A DNA stretch of 11,518 nt from positions 1 to 11,518 of the forward strand of contig DATCGY010000161.1 in NCBI GenBank assembly GCA_036508635.1, written 5' to 3'. The number at the start of each line of letters is the position of its first letter. The first letter of the stretch is position 1. Shown one piece after another: positions 1 through 7,149 of the stretch. Under the pieces are notes generated by a model. That model searched no databases. It saw only the letters and a list, made by a program, of their open reading frames with translations, and was not told the origin of the DNA. The stretch is from Candidatus Anoxymicrobiaceae bacterium. GTDB taxonomy: Bacteria; Actinomycetota; Geothermincolia; Fen-727; Anoxymicrobiaceae. The position numbers and the translations under genes were made by a program.

Positions 1-548
1 TGCATGAAGACGAAACGGTACTTGAATGCCTGGCTTTTCTGCAGCTGCGATGTGAGCCACGCCTTCTGCCACGGGTCGAGCCCGACGGTATTGGCGTCAT
101 CAACCACGATGAAATAAGCCTGCCCGACCGTGAACGAGTAGTAGAACGGGCCCATGATGTCGTAGTAGAGCCCCCGCCCGTTCATGTACAGCTCGTGGTT
201 GCCTATATTGGTCAGGAGCGGTTTTCGAAGGTGCCGCGCCTGGTTTATGAAGAAGCTGAACTTCACTATGTCGCCGCTTGCAACCAGGTCGCCGTTGTCG
301 ATGGCGAACGATGTGTTATCGGCGTTCACCTTGTTTATGAGGTCGCCGAACACGCTGACGGAGTTCTGGTTGTCGCCGAAGACGGCGAAAGAAAAGGTCG
401 TCCGGGACCGGTCGATGCGCCGCAGGCTCTTTGCGTTCCAATCCCGCCCCGGCGCCTCCGCGACGGCCGAGCTTATCTTCACGCCCGTCGCCAGCACGAG
501 CACCAGCAGCACAACCGCTGCCACATATTTGTTGAATACTCTTTTCAT
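1..548 (-). CDS. Calcineurin-like metallophosphoesterase with N-terminal signal peptide; the 3' end (C-terminus) runs off the window
   Basis: ATG at 548..546 is preceded by GAGG (revcomp of 553-556). My translation is MKRVFNKYVAAVVLLVLVLATGVKISSAVAEA... The hydrophobic N-terminus looks like a signal peptide. Metallophosphoesterase motifs appear in order: AVFGDNQ, NGDLVASGD, GNHE, VFMH. The six-frame track omits it because there is no stop codon inside the window. Confidence 0.75.
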   Translation of the reverse strand, partial: MKRVFNKYVAAVVLLVLVLATGVKISSAVAEAPGRDWNAKSLRRIDRSRTTFSFAVFGDNQNSVSVFGDLINKVNADNTSFAIDNGDLVASGDIVKFSFFINQARHLRKPLLTNIGNHELYMNGRGLYYDIMGPFYYSFTVGQAYFIVVDDANTVGLDPWQKAWLTSQLQKSQAFKYRFVFM

Positions 549-596
549 CAACCTCAAGTCTTGTAGGTCAGACCTGTTTTTTCAAGGGGGATGCAG

Positions 597-770
597 AAGA
601 AGGGGTCAGGTCTTTTATTGTTTGCTACTGCGGTTATCTTGAGGGGAAAGAGGGGGTCAGGTCTTTTATTGTTTGCTACTGCGGTTATCTTGAGCAAAGG
701 ACAATAGCAAACAATAAAAGACTTGACCCCCTCTTCTGGCAAACAATAAAAGACCTGACCCCCTCTTTCT
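597..770. repeat. Compound nested inverted repeat: two interleaved copies of a palindromic unit (arm consensus GGGGTCAGGTCTTTTATTGTTTGCTA)
   Basis: Left arms at 602-627 and 653-678. Right arms (reverse complement) at 705-730 and 739-763. The 602-643 and 653-694 stretches are identical over 42 bp, a 51-bp-period tandem direct repeat. The loop 679-704 contains ggttatcttgag. The element sits 8 bp 3' of the stop codon (778) of the upstream minus-strand gene and about 50 bp 5' of the next start (548). Confidence 0.85.
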
Positions 771-777
771 CGGGTTT

Positions 778-3633
778 TCAAGGCAGGGGTTTGCCGTCGA
801 CGCAGGAGGGGGCGGGCCAGCCCAGTATCTCGTATATCGTTGGCGCGATGTCGCCGATGCGCACGGCCGTGTTGTTCACGGTCCCCGGCTTGTAACCCTG
901 GTACGACGCCGGAGCCTTGAAAATGAGCGGAATGGCCTCGGTCTGCAGACCGCCGTGCGCCGCCGGGAACCCCACCTTCACCTCGTCGGGCATGCGGATG
1001 CCCAAGCTGAAACCGACGTTGTTTATCCCGGTCGAGAGCGCGTCCCCGTGGGCGACTACCTGGTAGTTGTACAGCGGGAACACGAAGAGGTCGGGCCACT
1101 GCTCCCCGTTCACCGGGTCGGGGTGGTTGATCCAGTAGTCGGAGTAGAGCTCCCCCGGAAGCACCTTGCCCTTGGACCCGAAGTCCTTGCCTTCCTTCAT
1201 CTCCTTGCGGTTGATGACCGCCAGCGGGTGCACCTTCCCAAGCTTGGGATCATCGATAGTGTAGTCCTCGAGTGTCTTCTGCACCTTGGCGGTCTTGACC
1301 GGGTCGTCCGACCAGATCAGGTTTATCTCGGTCCCACCCGCCTCGTTGTAATCCTCGAACCTGAGCAGCCCGTTGTCGCGCAAGATATCGCGAAGGTCGA
1401 TTACCTGGTAGCCTTTCTTCGGGTCCTTCAGGTTCTCCATGCCGTGGTCGGAGAGCAGGACTATCGTGCTGTTGTCGTACTCGCCCCGCGCCTTGAGCGT
1501 CCCGACGAAATCGCCGAACAGCGCGTCCGCCTCGCGGGCGATGTCGAGGCACTCGTCGCGTCTCACCCACGGTGAGTATATGTTCGTGTCGTACGCGGTG
1601 CCTTTCGAGCTCTTCACCCACTCGTCCTGCGCCCACGACGCCCCGGTGAAGTGCCCGGTGTTGTCTAGGTCGCCGATGTTTATATACGAGACATCGGGGT
1701 CTTCTTCGGTTATGGTCCTCTGGAACTCGCTGTATATGTAGCGGTCCTCCTCGTGCATTCCGGGGTTCTTGCCGAACAGAAGGGCAATCGGCGTGTTGAG
1801 CAGCCTCAACCCGTAAAACATGTCGAACTCGCCCAGTATCGTCGGCAGGACGATCGTCTTGCCGTTGTTGGTGTGGAACAGTGACCGGGCGGTCGCCGAG
1901 AGCGGGTCCGAAGGGTCATTGTCGGTCTTGGGATCGCCCGCCGCCCTGTACTTGTATGGCGGCTCGAAGAACAGCGGCCACTTCTCGGATTGCCCCTCGA
2001 CATCGACCGAGCGCTGCGCCTCCAGGTCGGACAGCCAGTTCTTGTTCGACCAGAACCCGGTGAGCGCCTTGCCGCCGGACTGCTCTTTTGCGACCTCGAA
2101 GATTCGCTGGATCGGCTTGCCGTCGGCGCCGTAGCGCATCAGGTCCATGGTATTGTCGCCCGAGAGCACCTCGTCGTGTTTGGTGAAGCCCTTGAACGTG
2201 CCGCCCACCATGAATATCCCCTGGGTGCCGGTGTACGTGCCGGCCATCGCGTTCGTGTGGTTCATGTCGGTCGCGGACGGCAGGTAGTCTTTAGCGTTGG
2301 TGTAGTTCTCGCCCTGGGAGATAAAGGCCTGCGTGTTCGGCATCAGCCAGTCGCCGTCCTTGCCCTTGCCCGTCCCGGCCCGGTTCAGGTAGAGATACTC
2401 GGGGTTCATGGAATCGACGGACCAGAAGTAGACGTTCGGCGTATCCGTGACCTCGGAGGCAACCGTCACGGCCTCGCTCCGGCCCCCGCTCCGCGCCGTC
2501 ACAACGAACTGCCCGCGCTCGCCATTCACGCCGTCTCTCGGCGCCGTCATCTTGAGCAAGCTCGTCGCCGTTGCGCCCGGCGCGAGAGCCCTTATATCGG
2601 CTCTGCCCATATTTGCCATCCACCTGGTGGTGTCACCGCCGAGCGCGAGCTTCACGTCCTCTGTCTTCTTACCAGTGTTGGTGACGTGGAAGAGGAACGT
2701 CGTGGACTCCGAGGGCATCACCTGGTGCGCGTGCGGGCGGATACCCTGCTGGTCGTTCACACAGAACAGCATCCCGGGGTTGACCACCTGTACCTTGACC
2801 TCGGGCCGGGCTCCGGTATTCTTTCCCGGGCCGAGGACCAGCGTCACGTCCCTGGGCTGGTTCTTTACAAGCTCGATGCGAGGCGTCACCTCCGCGGTCA
2901 GCTCGTAAGGCTTGGGATACAGCAGGTTTGTCGTCATCCCCTTGAGCTTGACGGTGCTCACTTTCCTGCCGCTCTGGTTCCTGAATGTCACGTCGCAGGG
3001 AAAATCGGATTTGAACCCGAGCTTATAGGTGTCGGTATCGGCGCCGTTGTTCTTCGCCGCGACATGCCATACGACCGGCTTGCCCACGAATGTCTGGAGC
3101 TCGTTGTCCTGGTGGCCCTGACCGGTGAACGGAACGCCACGGGACATCACGAGGGACGGCAGCGACGAGGTGGCCGTCGCCTTGAGCCAGATGCGGTGCG
3201 ATTCGTTGCCACGCTTTCCCGTTACCTTCACGTAACCGACGGTGCCCTCGGGCGTGCTCTTCGAGCAGTTCACGTATATTCGCGCGCTCGCTTTACCGTT
3301 GTTGCCCGTCGGATAGACCGTCGCGGGCTTTATCGTTGCCGCAAAGCCCGCCGTGTCCGGGGTCACCGACAGCGCTACCTTGCCACTGCCCCTCGATTCG
3401 ATATTGCGCACGTCCAGCGGCATGGACGTCGATGTCTTACCGGTGGCGGGCGCAAGCATCTGTTCGGGATATGTGCTGTACAGGTCGAACGTCGCTCCAC
3501 CCGCGGTCGCCGCACCAGGCGTCTTTGCGACACCCGAGGCTGGAGTGAACATCGCCAGGCACATCGAAGCCGCCAGCAGCAGTGCCACGCCCGAGCCGCA
3601 TCTGTGTAGCCTCTTCTTCTGAGAGCGTTTCAT
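778..3633 (-). CDS. Secreted alkaline-phosphatase-superfamily enzyme, type I phosphodiesterase / nucleotide pyrophosphatase (NPP)-like, with a long beta-rich N-terminal extension
   Basis: Start ATG 3633 is chosen over the track start 3741 because GAGGGG lies 6 bp upstream (revcomp of 3640-3645) and the product begins MKRSQKKRLHR + hydrophobic stretch, a Sec signal peptide. NPP-type motifs: VYFWSVDSMNPEY (metal-ligand Asp region), SATDMNHTNAMAGTYTG (resembles the TKTFPNHYSxxTGxYP nucleophile-Thr motif), IVLLSDHGM (resembles VSDHGM). About 330 N-terminal residues are rich in T/S/G/V, suggesting Ig-like or beta-sandwich domains. The stop is included at 778-780. Confidence 0.75.
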   Translation of the reverse strand: MKRSQKKRLHRCGSGVALLLAASMCLAMFTPASGVAKTPGAATAGGATFDLYSTYPEQMLAPATGKTSTSMPLDVRNIESRGSGKVALSVTPDTAGFAATIKPATVYPTGNNGKASARIYVNCSKSTPEGTVGYVKVTGKRGNESHRIWLKATATSSLPSLVMSRGVPFTGQGHQDNELQTFVGKPVVWHVAAKNNGADTDTYKLGFKSDFPCDVTFRNQSGRKVSTVKLKGMTTNLLYPKPYELTAEVTPRIELVKNQPRDVTLVLGPGKNTGARPEVKVQVVNPGMLFCVNDQQGIRPHAHQVMPSESTTFLFHVTNTGKKTEDVKLALGGDTTRWMANMGRADIRALAPGATATSLLKMTAPRDGVNGERGQFVVTARSGGRSEAVTVASEVTDTPNVYFWSVDSMNPEYLYLNRAGTGKGKDGDWLMPNTQAFISQGENYTNAKDYLPSATDMNHTNAMAGTYTGTQGIFMVGGTFKGFTKHDEVLSGDNTMDLMRYGADGKPIQRIFEVAKEQSGGKALTGFWSNKNWLSDLEAQRSVDVEGQSEKWPLFFEPPYKYRAAGDPKTDNDPSDPLSATARSLFHTNNGKTIVLPTILGEFDMFYGLRLLNTPIALLFGKNPGMHEEDRYIYSEFQRTITEEDPDVSYINIGDLDNTGHFTGASWAQDEWVKSSKGTAYDTNIYSPWVRRDECLDIAREADALFGDFVGTLKARGEYDNSTIVLLSDHGMENLKDPKKGYQVIDLRDILRDNGLLRFEDYNEAGGTEINLIWSDDPVKTAKVQKTLEDYTIDDPKLGKVHPLAVINRKEMKEGKDFGSKGKVLPGELYSDYWINHPDPVNGEQWPDLFVFPLYNYQVVAHGDALSTGINNVGFSLGIRMPDEVKVGFPAAHGGLQTEAIPLIFKAPASYQGYKPGTVNNTAVRIGDIAPTIYEILGWPAPSCVDGKPLP

Positions 3634-3650
3634 CTTGAACCCCTCGATGA

Positions 3651-3938
3651 CTAGTCTTGACCGGCTTCGAGAATGGCTTTGATGTCGGTGCCGGTTTTGG
3701 CGATGTAGATGAGGAGAGCGCCTGAGCCGGCGAACAGCCATAGCGACAACATCACCATGATGAAGACGACGAAGAAAGCCGGCCCGACGCTGCCGCCGTA
3801 ATCAGCGATCGTTCCCGTCATCTTGACCATCGCGCCGATCACACCGAGCGTCCCCAGCACGGCGATCACAAGGCATCCGATCAGTACCGCTTTGTGCCAC
3901 CCCGCGTACGGCGCCTTCTTGACTTGCGTCCCGTTCAT
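3651..3938 (-). CDS. Small integral membrane protein, 2 predicted TM helices, unknown function
   Basis: The internal ATG at 3938 has a perfect SD AAGGAGG 6 bp upstream (revcomp of 3944-3950). The track start 3959 has only a distant GGGAG. Product: MNGTQVKKAPYAGWHKAVLIGCLVIAVLGTLGVIGAMVK...FFVVFIMVMLSLWLFAGSGALLIY... It lies 43 bp after the tetR stop and 18 bp before the phosphodiesterase start, so it is likely co-transcribed. Confidence 0.6.
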   Translation of the reverse strand: MNGTQVKKAPYAGWHKAVLIGCLVIAVLGTLGVIGAMVKMTGTIADYGGSVGPAFFVVFIMVMLSLWLFAGSGALLIYIAKTGTDIKAILEAGQD

Positions 3939-3980
3939 CTTGGCCTCCTTAGTGCTCATTTCCGGCTGGGACTCCCACTG

Positions 3981-4667
3981 TCAACGTCCGACTTTTATCC
4001 CGCGCCCGGCCGCCCTCTCCTCACGCGGCACAGCCGACGAGTTCTCGTAGAGACGCGCCACATCTTCGCTCATCAGTGCGCGCACGTGGTATTCGATGAT
4101 CTCGTCGCTGAGGGCTTCGAGGTCGGGGTTCTTGCGTCCGACGACGTGCTCCATTATCACGTCGATCATCGAACCCAGGATGATGGTGGTGACGATATCG
4201 AGGTTGCACTCGCGTATGAGCCCGGCTTTCTGCATGATTCGGAACACCTCTTTCTGCTGCTTCCGGGCGACGCCGGCGAGCTCGTTAACCCTGGTGGCGA
4301 AATGTTCGTCGTTTCCAAGCGCGTCCCGGTATATAACCGACGTGATGTCGGCGTTGTCCCGATGGTACTCTAGTATCCTGACCATGTTGTCGCGCCATAT
4401 GCCCAGCACGCTCATATCCCCTCTGACCGCTTCGTTCAGCCTCGCCTTGTTCTCCGCCAGGAGTTTGGTGAAACCGGAAAAGTAAAGCTCGATTATCTCG
4501 AGGAAGACGTCTTTCTTTGAATTGAAGTAGAGGTAGAACGTCCCGCGGCCGATACCGGCGTCGTTCACGATGTCGGTGATGTTCGCCGCCCGGTACCCTT
4601 TCTCGGCAAAGACGCGCGCCGCCACCGCCAGGACCTGCTCCTTTCGTTCGGCCGGATCCATCCTCAT
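3981..4667 (-). CDS. TetR/AcrR-family transcriptional regulator
   Basis: N-terminal HTH signature ...KEQVLAVAARVFAEKGYRAANITDIVNDAGIGRGTFYLYFNSKKDVF... is typical of TetR_N. About 228 aa. GGGAG lies upstream of the ATG at 4667; the alternative ATG at 4661 is in frame. Confidence 0.9.
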   Translation of the reverse strand: MRMDPAERKEQVLAVAARVFAEKGYRAANITDIVNDAGIGRGTFYLYFNSKKDVFLEIIELYFSGFTKLLAENKARLNEAVRGDMSVLGIWRDNMVRILEYHRDNADITSVIYRDALGNDEHFATRVNELAGVARKQQKEVFRIMQKAGLIRECNLDIVTTIILGSMIDVIMEHVVGRKNPDLEALSDEIIEYHVRALMSEDVARLYENSSAVPREERAAGRGIKVGR

Positions 4668-4704
4668 CGCGTCTCATCTCCCGACCAGGGTTCTGTCCTC
4701 AGTG

Positions 4705-4726
4705 CGGTACTGACATATCAGTACCG
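4705..4726. promoter_or_regulatory. 22-bp palindromic candidate operator CGGTACTGA-cata-TCAGTACCG upstream of tetR
   Basis: Perfect 9-bp inverted arms with a 4-bp spacer. It lies 38 bp upstream of the tetR start codon and overlaps the predicted -10/+1 of the tetR promoter. TTCTGTC direct repeats flank it at 4691-4697 and 4743-4749. Confidence 0.5.
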
Positions 4727-4751
4727 TAACCCCATACTGAAGTTCTGTCAA
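4723..4751 (-). promoter_or_regulatory. Predicted sigma70-type promoter of tetR (and probably the tetR-smp-phosphodiesterase operon)
   Basis: On the minus strand: -35 TTGACA (revcomp of 4746-4751), 17-bp spacer, -10 TACGGT (revcomp of 4723-4728). The -10 retains T1, A2 and T6. Predicted TSS is near 4715, inside the palindrome. Confidence 0.4.
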
Positions 4752-4824
4752 GTATGATTTTCCGTTGATGAGCCCCGGGGAGGACATAAAACAGGGTCGC
4801 TTTGAGATGGACGGAGCTGATGCC

Positions 4825-4920
4825 CGGAAGGAAAAAGGGGTCAGGTCTTTTATTGTTTGCTTCTATGGTTATCTTGTGCAGAGGACAGTAGCAAACAATA
4901 AAAGACCTGACCCCTTTTTC
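4825..4920 (-). terminator. Probable intrinsic (bidirectional) terminator formed by the palindromic element downstream of the hydrolase-SDR operon
   Basis: A 30-bp stem is followed on the minus strand by TTTTTCCTTCC (revcomp of 4825-4836). On the plus strand it is followed by TTTTTC (4915-4920). It lies directly after the SDR stop codon. Confidence 0.45.
4831..4920. repeat. Single copy of the palindromic element: 30-bp perfect inverted arms (GAAAAAGGGGTCAGGTCTTTTATTGTTTGC / revcomp) around a 30-nt loop
   Basis: Arms 4831-4860 and 4891-4920 are perfect reverse complements. The loop ttctatggttatcttgtgcagaggacagta is about 80% identical to the loop of the 597-770 copy. It sits 5 bp 3' of the SDR stop codon (4925-4927). 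Confidence 0.85.
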
Positions 4921-4924
4921 TGCC

Positions 4925-5764
4925 CTACTCCATGAAATGGTCGTTGACGCGCGCCAACAAAAATGTGAAAAAGCCCACCAACCGCCTGCTCGACCTGTAG
5001 GCGGTATCCATGAAATACGAGGTGAATCCGGACCTGGCGACCGCTATGTTCTTCTCCACGGCGCGGATGACGGCGAGGGCTGGTTTCTCTGCCCCGGCGC
5101 CGATCGCCGCCCAGATGCGGTCGGTCCTCTCCCTCTCCTCCTCGGTCGGCTCCGTCGCGCCATCCGCTATCCTGGCGTTCCTGCCGATGCCGGTGTTGAC
5201 GAAGCCCGGGCACACGGCTGAGACCCCGATCCCGTGAAGTGCCGCCTCGGCCCTGAGGGTCTCGGAGAAGCCGACGACTCCCCACTTCGTCGTGCAATAA
5301 TCCGTGGCGAACGGCAACGGTACGAGCCCGGCCACGGACGCGATATTGACTATGTGACCTCCTCCGCCCTGCTCTATCATACGAGGGTAGAAGTAGTGAC
5401 ACCCGTGAATCACGCCCCAGAGGTTGAGGCCGACTATCCAGCGCCAGTCGTCCAGGCTCATCTCCTCGAACCTTCCCGAGCAGGCGCCGCCGGCGTTGTT
5501 GACGAGCACGTCCACGCGACCCATTTCCTCGTACGTGTTCCGGCAGAACCTCTCGACCTGGGACGCATCAGATACGTCGGCCGCCTCGACATAGCACTCC
5601 CGGCCCGACTCCTCTATCTCGGCCCGGAGGGCGCGAAGACCTTCAACGTCAATATCGCACGCCGCGATGCGGGCGCCGCGATTCGCGAACTCCATGGCGG
5701 TGGCTTTTCCGATGCCGCCGGCCGCTCCCGTGATGACGACTACCTTGCCATGGAATTCTTTCAA
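4925..5764 (-). CDS. Short-chain dehydrogenase/reductase (SDR) family oxidoreductase
   Basis: GKVVVITGAAGGIGKA Rossmann motif, NNAG, and the catalytic ASVAG...YCTTK triad region. GGAGG lies 7 bp upstream of ATG 5764 (revcomp of 5772-5776). Confidence 0.9.
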   Translation of the reverse strand: MKEFHGKVVVITGAAGGIGKATAMEFANRGARIAACDIDVEGLRALRAEIEESGRECYVEAADVSDASQVERFCRNTYEEMGRVDVLVNNAGGACSGRFEEMSLDDWRWIVGLNLWGVIHGCHYFYPRMIEQGGGGHIVNIASVAGLVPLPFATDYCTTKWGVVGFSETLRAEAALHGIGVSAVCPGFVNTGIGRNARIADGATEPTEEERERTDRIWAAIGAGAEKPALAVIRAVEKNIAVARSGFTSYFMDTAYRSSRRLVGFFTFLLARVNDHFME

Positions 5765-5821
5765 CCTGACGCCTCCGTGCAGCGTGTTTGGCCGGATGTC
5801 ATGATAATCGCAAGACTCAGC

Positions 5822-6748
5822 TTACTGAAGACCCTCCAGGAACTTGCGCGCCTCGGCGAACGAGATGCGCTGGAGCTCACCGAACGAGATGCTGAGAAAG
5901 CCATGCCCCTTGAAAGCTATCGGGTGGTCCTTCTTCCTGAAGAAGACCGTCTTGTGCGGAACCCCCACCTCGGTCAAGAGTTGGTCGAAGGCGACGGACT
6001 CGGTATGCAGGTGGTCGGTGTCGCTCGAGGCCAGGAACACCGGGGGATATCCCGAGTCTACGTGACGCGCCGTGGAGGCCATCTCGACTCGTGCCGAGTA
6101 GGCCTGGGGCTCCTGCCCGTAGAAACCCTCGCACAACCATTTGATAAACGGGAAGCCTGTATCGCAGATCGTATCCATGTCGTACCCACCGTAAAAGAGG
6201 AGCAGACCTTTAATAGTCTCGGGCGGAACGGCTCCCTCGATTGAAAACGGCTCGAGCAGCTCCGGGGAGCGCAGCGCGGAGGCGTACATGCTCGAGAGCG
6301 TCGCGCCGGCGCTGTCGCCGGCGAGGACCATCCTGCTAGCGTCCCCACCGTAGCGCACCGCGTTGTCACGCGCCCATGCGACCGCCATGTCGATATCCTG
6401 GTATGCGGCGGGGAATTTGAACCGTGGGGCGAGCCTGTAATTGATATTGAGCACCACGTAACCCATTGAGGCAAAGCGCCGTGCTATGCGCTTGTAGCTC
6501 TTCTTGTCCATGAGATGAAACGCTCCGCCGTGGATGTAGACCATCACCGGGAAAGGCGGCTCGCCGTACGGGATGTAAATGTCCATTGCCTGCTTGCGGT
6601 TCTCGTTCGCATAGCGGACGTTTCGAACGACCTCTTTGACCGGCGGCGAGAACCAGTTGAATATGTACAGCCTGCCAAAGATCTCGAACAGGCCTGACGC
6701 AAACTTGTACAGGTAAGCCAGAACGTTATTCACGGCCCCTCCATCCAT
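5822..6748 (-). CDS. Alpha/beta-hydrolase fold-3 esterase/lipase (HSL family)
   Basis: Oxyanion-hole motif VYIHGGAF, nucleophile elbow GDSAG, C-terminal DxL...H. It ends 57 bp upstream of the SDR gene on the same strand, so it is likely the first gene of a two-gene operon. Confidence 0.85.
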   Translation of the reverse strand: MDGGAVNNVLAYLYKFASGLFEIFGRLYIFNWFSPPVKEVVRNVRYANENRKQAMDIYIPYGEPPFPVMVYIHGGAFHLMDKKSYKRIARRFASMGYVVLNINYRLAPRFKFPAAYQDIDMAVAWARDNAVRYGGDASRMVLAGDSAGATLSSMYASALRSPELLEPFSIEGAVPPETIKGLLLFYGGYDMDTICDTGFPFIKWLCEGFYGQEPQAYSARVEMASTARHVDSGYPPVFLASSDTDHLHTESVAFDQLLTEVGVPHKTVFFRKKDHPIAFKGHGFLSISFGELQRISFAEARKFLEGLQ

Positions 6749-6840
6749 GAAATTTCCGCATCGTCTCTCAGGTTCTCGACTCTCAGTGCCGCAACCGGCC
6801 TGCCCGTCGGGTCAACGGTGGCTGGCATCATTTATATCAG

Positions 6841-6869
6841 GAAATATCACCCCGGCGCGCATAAGTCAA
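6841..6869 (-). promoter_or_regulatory. Candidate promoter for the hydrolase-SDR operon
   Basis: Minus strand: -35 TTGACT (revcomp of 6864-6869), 17-bp spacer, -10 TATTTC (revcomp of 6841-6846). The -10 is weak, so this is speculative. Confidence 0.25.
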
Positions 6870-6954
6870 TCTCGGGCCGTACCCACATGGTTCGCATGAC
6901 GAGCAATAAAAAGGCTGGTAAGGTCCCCCAGGGCGCGCTCCTGGCCTCCTGCTG

Positions 6955-7149
6955 GTGTCGCTGGCCGTCGCGTCATGTGGAAGCGGCTCCAAACAGTCGA
7001 ACTCGACCTCGCCGTCGACCTCGCCTTCCGCCGGTGGTTCGAGCACGACAATAAATGACTACGTCAACCAGCTCGACACCAGGATAAACTCCGTCAGCCC
7101 CAACGACTTCAACGACGGCCAGTTAAACAACTCCGCGGTCGGCCTATAA
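6955..7149 (+). CDS. Candidate small secreted lipoprotein (mature part low-complexity S/T/P/N-rich); the N-terminal signal peptide appears split across two frames
   Basis: The frame opens at 6922 and reads GPPGRAPGLLLVSLAVASC|GSGSKQSNSTSPSTSPSAGGSSTTINDYVNQLDTRINSVSPNDFNDGQLNNSAVGL. It has a lipobox-like VASC and strong GC3 bias in this frame only. The only in-frame canonical start is GTG 6955, which leaves too short a signal peptide. ATG 6896 and ATG 6887 lie in the -1 frame (MTSNKKAGKVPQ...). Confidence 0.4.
   Translation: MSLAVASCGSGSKQSNSTSPSTSPSAGGSSTTINDYVNQLDTRINSVSPNDFNDGQLNNSAVGL

Noticed and set aside
597-770. Possibility that the repeats are a CRISPR array or an integron attC site
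   Set aside because: Units are inverted, not direct with unique spacers. There are only two loci. No cas or intI genes are present. Arms lack the RYYYAAC/GTTRRRY attC core arrangement.
554-1099. 181-aa minus-strand ORF spanning the repeat region
   Set aside because: It reads through the palindromic repeat (duplicated peptide LKITAVANNKRPDP appears twice) and the 3' end of the phosphodiesterase gene in another frame. It is an artefact of the repeat and not a gene.
1990-3609. 539-aa plus-strand ORF, and similar long plus-strand ORFs (955-1575, 5234-6244, 8487-9284, 3894-4373, upstream part of 8950-9432)
   Set aside because: All lie antisense to well-supported minus-strand genes. Their translations are Arg/Gly/His-rich low-complexity sequence typical of stop-free antisense frames in high-GC DNA, with no recognisable motifs or RBS. 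They are shadow ORFs.
6818-6835. TGGCAT-N5-ATATC resembling a sigma54 -24/-12 element
   Set aside because: The GG at -24 is present, but the obligatory GC at -12 is AT at the correct spacing. It is not a sigma54 promoter.
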